A stretch of 64,000 bases of DNA from Phoronis australis (Eukaryota > Animalia > Phoronida), in contig NMRA01000513.1 in the NCBI GenBank assembly GCA_002633005.1, positions 124,001 to 188,000 of the forward strand, in the 5' to 3' direction. The notes below the pieces were generated by a model. The model was not told the origin of the DNA. It saw only the letters and a program-made list of their open reading frames with translations, and made no database searches. The translations under genes were made by a program, and so were the position numbers. Numbering within the stretch: the first letter of the stretch is position 1; each line of letters begins with the position of its first letter. Shown here piece after piece: positions 60,901-64,000 of the stretch.

Positions 60901-63008
60901 GGTGAGCATTTTTACTCAAAAAAACTGTGTAAACCAAGACTTTTACAATGCTGTCAATCAAGTGTCAAAATAGCAACAATGCATATACTTTGTATATACA
61001 TTGTATATTTCTTCCTGCTTTGAAAAAAGAGGCCCCACTGTGAGCCTTCAGAGGCTTCCTAGTATTCATTACAATGTGTGAGTCCAAACTTGAAAGGTTG
61101 CTATTGACAGTGGGCGTCCAAATGATACATTGGGCGTCCTTGCCAGGGCGTCTAGATTAGTGCTAGGGCGTCCATTTGGACGCCCAGGACGTATGCTGCA
61201 TAAAGGCCTGTTTCACGGTATTCCAATTATCTGGCAAAAATTATGAAGAAAAGTGACCAGGAAGTCTGGGTCATGATGACTGGACTCGAACAAAATGGCA
61301 GTAATTCTTCTCTTATTTCACTCAAAAGTAGTTCCTAAAGTAGTTCCCAAAGTAGTTCGCAAAGTGGTTCCCAAAGCATTTCCCAAAGTTGTCAACTTTT
61401 CATTTTTCAGAGGCTTGTTACTTATACTGTAAATAATGGACAATTTATCAATTAAGTTATTTTAAACTAATAGTGACATCTACACAGTATAAACCATGCC
61501 CGTGATGGACTAATCTTTTCATAATCTTCATTTTTTGTGCTATACACTGTTTATGTTACTAGCTTTTGCTCTGTGGTTGTATCACTGTGTCAGTTTACTT
61601 CCACTTGAGAATGAAACGAGTATGTTTTGAAATACCGTGTGTCCCTTAATCATGTCTCTTGGTCAATTAATTACCATGTGAATGTTCTGGTGAATGCTGA
61701 ACTTTGTTCCGAGGATGCGAACGGAATGGAATAAAGATGGCCAACAATGACAAGTGACGTGTCTTTAACATGTTGTGCTATGTAGCAATAACTGTACTTT
61801 TCTTGTTGATTGAGTGAAAGTAGAATTCACAGTCAGTGGAGCTGGATCATGTCTTTAAGGGCTACTATTACATTTTTGCATGTGCTGTATAGTTGGTTCG
61901 GAAATGTAGTTGATGAATTTTTTAGTACATAAGGGTTAATTTTTTGTGTGTTGACGCTCACATTGCAGACGGGTCGTGCAGCGTACGTATGTCTGCAGCG
62001 CTACCAGCAGATATTCAATGAAGAGATCGCTGTGAGTGAGTGGACAACAGAGGAGGATCAGCTGCTGTTGGAGGTTGTCAATATGTGTAAAGTGGGAGAG
62101 GTCATCAACTGGGCTCAGGGTAAGTAATGAGGGAGGTGGGAGGGGCTGGGGGCGGGGCTAGTTGTGGCAGTGGCAGGTCTGTTGGTGAGGCTATTGGTGG
62201 ATGTTGGAGGGGCTATGGTGGGGCTAGTCAGGAGGTCGGAGAGGCTGCGAGTGGGGTACTGGTGGGATTTGGAGGTCCCCTGGTATGGACTAGGTGTGTT
62301 AGGTAGGAAGGTCTAGTGTAAAGGTGGGAGGGGTTTGTGGTGGAAGTTTGATTGATGTGGAAGGGACTGTCAATGAAGCCAGTGGTGGAGGTGAGAAGTG
62401 TTGTGAGTGGACAATGTGGTGGGAGTGGGAGGGACTGTGGTCGGTGCTTGTGGTTTAGGTGGAAGAGACTTTGAGGTGGTAGGAGGTTCTATGAGGTGCC
62501 TGTGGTTCAGGTGGGAGGGGCTGTGAGGGGCCTATGGTGGAGGTTGGAAGAGTTATTTTTGTGCGAATGATTCTTGTAAACTCAACAGGGTGACTATTTC
62601 TGTTGGTGAGTCTCTTTCACCCAGTCGCCATGGTGATGATACGTGACTATATTCTAAGCTGCTCAAGACTTCTGGCTGTTCTCGTTTTACAGAAATTAAT
62701 GCAATATGTGTGGCGATGTCTATGTTACTTTAAATTTGTCTTGATATTAGTCAGGAACACTTAACATGTGAAAGAATTATTGATGACCATTCCGGGTATT
62801 GATAAGAATCTTTTTATGAATGTCTTATATATTTACTCCTTTACTATATGTCTGGCTAATATTGTTTTACTCTGACTAACTTTTCTCACTCCGTATTCTT
62901 TTAGTGAATTACTACCTCGAGGGACACGATGGCAACGACTGCCGTCGCCGTTACTTCAAGATCAAGCCGGACTTAAAGCGAGGTCGCTTTTCACTCGAGG
63001 AGGACGAG
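48815..63008 (+). CDS. SNAPC4: snRNA-activating protein complex subunit 4 (SNAP190), 3'-partial, 11 exons / 406 codons in window
   Basis: DTCLQLNRSYQAVI...AQNRERQ, PYFKD...PPDNDD, W...K.ALKKAV.ED...MQP, DWLKIA, HPLVNNRFWTKEED, CLQRYQ...EWTTEED and YYLEGHD...KPDLKRGRFSLEED are colinear with the human SNAPC4 N-terminus and Myb repeats. Confidence 0.95.
49295..49461. mobile_element. Short MITE-like element, inverse relative of 14594-14752
   Basis: cagtggtggattt ... ctaactcaaaatcctggatccgcccc. Confidence 0.7.
49683..50135 (+). repeat. Local direct repeat (49683-49830 / 50027-50135) including a tRNA-like SINE head
   Basis: tgttgtgaag.gtgacttcc...gataaagcctctctaagcc...tggtttagatg.ttg.ctgtcgctcgtgc occurs twice; tggcgtaatggt A-box and gttcaagcc B-box-like. 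Confidence 0.6.
50296..50351 (+). CDS. SNAPC4: SNAPC4 exon 2
   Basis: tttccag / gtaagt; restores phase 1 to 0. Confidence 0.75.
51168..51284 (+). CDS. SNAPC4: SNAPC4 exon 3 (TCLQLNRSYQ...AQNRERQ)
   Basis: Conserved motif; tttccag / gtatgc. Confidence 0.93.
52240..52490. repeat. Degenerate minisatellite of about 30 bp (ttttggccttatctcag.tatt...)
   Basis: About 8 diverged units. Confidence 0.6.
52528..52638 (+). CDS. SNAPC4: SNAPC4 exon 4 (YSVPYFKD)
   Basis: ttttcag / gtaagt. Confidence 0.9.
53380..53461 (+). CDS. SNAPC4: SNAPC4 exon 5 (SPPDNDDVKRK)
   Basis: tttttcag / gtaagt. Confidence 0.9.
55527..55608 (+). CDS. SNAPC4: SNAPC4 exon 6 (WYGADKIALKKAVREDSMKRKMQPLLS)
   Basis: gaacag / gtgaga; completes the T|GG Trp codon. 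Confidence 0.88.
55693..56993. repeat. 650-bp near-identical tandem duplication split by N at 56343; probable haplotype overlap
   Basis: 55693-56342 versus 56344-56993, with a handful of substitutions. Confidence 0.9.
57017..57121 (+). CDS. SNAPC4: SNAPC4 exon 7
   Basis: atttcag / gtaagt; phase 2-2. Confidence 0.88.
58914..58992 (+). CDS. SNAPC4: SNAPC4 exon 8 (VDWLKIAAID)
   Basis: tttttgcag / gtaagt. Confidence 0.9.
59668..59983. mobile_element. MITE-like element whose right subterminal 25-bp unit is amplified six times (59801-59950)
   Basis: Outer inverted pair ttattcacccagtctccatttt / aaaatagcgactgtgtgaataa; unit tttaaaacctaaagagaggctcact x6. Confidence 0.8.
59997..60161 (+). CDS. SNAPC4: SNAPC4 exon 9 (Myb repeat: HPLVNNRFWTKEED)
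   Basis: ttttcag / gtgatt. Confidence 0.93.
60650..60727. repeat. 12-mer tandem repeat (aaagtagttccc)n, about 6 copies; diverged counterpart at about 61324-61388
   Basis: Read directly; ends at N 60728. Confidence 0.9.
60729..61210. mobile_element. Partial non-autonomous DNA element with clustered GGGCGTCC subterminal motifs
   Basis: Several gggcgtcc/ggacgccc copies near both ends; terminates in aaaggcctg. Confidence 0.5.
61969..62119 (+). CDS. SNAPC4: SNAPC4 exon 10 (Myb repeat: CLQRYQ...EWTTEED)
   Basis: attgcag / gtaagt. Confidence 0.93.
62130..62550 (+). repeat. G-rich degenerate tandem repeat (gaggtgggaggggct.tggtg-like, about 20 bp)
   Basis: Strong G skew with recurring gtgggagggg. 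Confidence 0.7.
62905..63008 (+). CDS. SNAPC4: SNAPC4 exon 11 (NYYLEGHD...KPDLKRGRFSLEEDE)
   Basis: cttttag / gtaggg; the gene continues past the window. Confidence 0.92.
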
Positions 63009-63098
63009 GTAGGGGTGGCAGGGGCAGTTAGGGGGCTAGTGAACTTGTTATTGGCCTTATGGGATGCATTATTTTTTCACTTCTTAAATGGCTGGTAA

Positions 63099-63914
63099 GG
63101 GCTGTTCCAGTAAAATCCGTGTGGGAGGGGGGGGACGGCAGTAGAAATAAAAATTCATGGGTGGTTGTCTTCAGAAAAAAACACAAATTATAGGTGGTCG
63201 TTCCTGTAAGAAGTGATGCATTAAAAATGGGTGGTATTTTTTGACCTATTAATGTTCACAGGTTGGTTACTTCAGCCCTCAAAACTCAAAAAAATGCATA
63301 TATCCTAACTTATCCCAATACAAAAAAGCCCATATTGCCAGTGAACAGAGTGCAATATGTTCACTAAACCATTAATCAAGTCATGGGCAACTTGATTTGA
63401 GCCAACTGTTTGTCTGCAGTCCTATTGAATTGAAAAGTTATGCAACACTAAACTGGTGTTAACACATATAAGAAAATTGATGATTTTTAAATAAAAAGTA
63501 TGAGGAGTAAGATAAAAAAAATAAACAAGTTCCAATATTCACTTGATATAGAAGTATAAAAGAGTTCGTGGAGACAGTTCATAGATCCTTATAAATGAAA
63601 AAATGTTCATTGAAATTATAGACATATGGTGAACAGAGACACCTGGTGGCTGCCAAAAGTATTGCTCACAGGCTACTTTAGTTTTTGACAATATTGGACA
63701 AGACAACTAGTTCTTGTCTGTCAATCATCTAAGTTCTTAACAGGTCCTCCTGGAGGCAATTTGTTTGCAAGTGTTGGATTTTATATTTTAACCTATTAAA
63801 AATAATTAAAAAATTATGGGTCATGGGTTGGAGAAATAAATGAAAAATATGGGCGGTGGGTACGAAATAAAAGTGCCTTCCCCCCCTCCCATACAGATTT
63901 TGCTGGAACAGCCT
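63099..63914. mobile_element. About 815-bp MITE with about 45-bp terminal inverted repeats, possibly PIF/Harbinger-type
   Basis: taa|gggctgttccagtaaaatccgtgtgggagggggggg ... ccccccctcccatacagattttgctggaacagcct|tga. Confidence 0.75.
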
Positions 63915-64000
63915 TGACTGGATTCATATGGAACTTTTTCGTAATCAATGGTAGTATGCTATCATACATTGTTCTCCAATATGTTGTTAGTAATAATGCC

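Overview
Intron-rich, AT-rich animal genomic DNA. A marine invertebrate, possibly a lophotrochozoan, is a guess from gene style. There are no prokaryotic features, rRNA, intact tRNA or CRISPR arrays. Four spliced protein-coding genes were reconstructed by hand from GT-AG boundaries and phase continuity. (1) A secreted C-type lectin on the minus strand is built from very short exons (8400-8453, 7178-7202, 4475-4536, 1011-1117); its 3' part is unresolved or outside the window. (2) A two-exon 170-aa coiled-coil protein with a basic tail that I cannot name lies at 16064-19827 (+). (3) TSC1/hamartin is complete, with 16 coding exons and about 1318 aa (24153-46742, -). (4) The 5' part of SNAPC4/SNAP190 has 11 exons including Myb repeats (48815 to beyond 63008, +) and sits head-to-head with TSC1. 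Introns contain several MITE-like inverted-repeat families, tRNA-derived SINE heads, minisatellites and a 5-kb composite repeat array with a fold-back inversion. Four of the five single-N positions sit between near-identical duplicated segments, most likely haplotype overlaps at contig joins. No wholly new system can be demonstrated. The best leads are the unnamed coiled-coil gene, the TSC1 intron array, paired CTCF-like motifs, a MITE end amplifying into a satellite, and the TSC1-SNAPC4 linkage.
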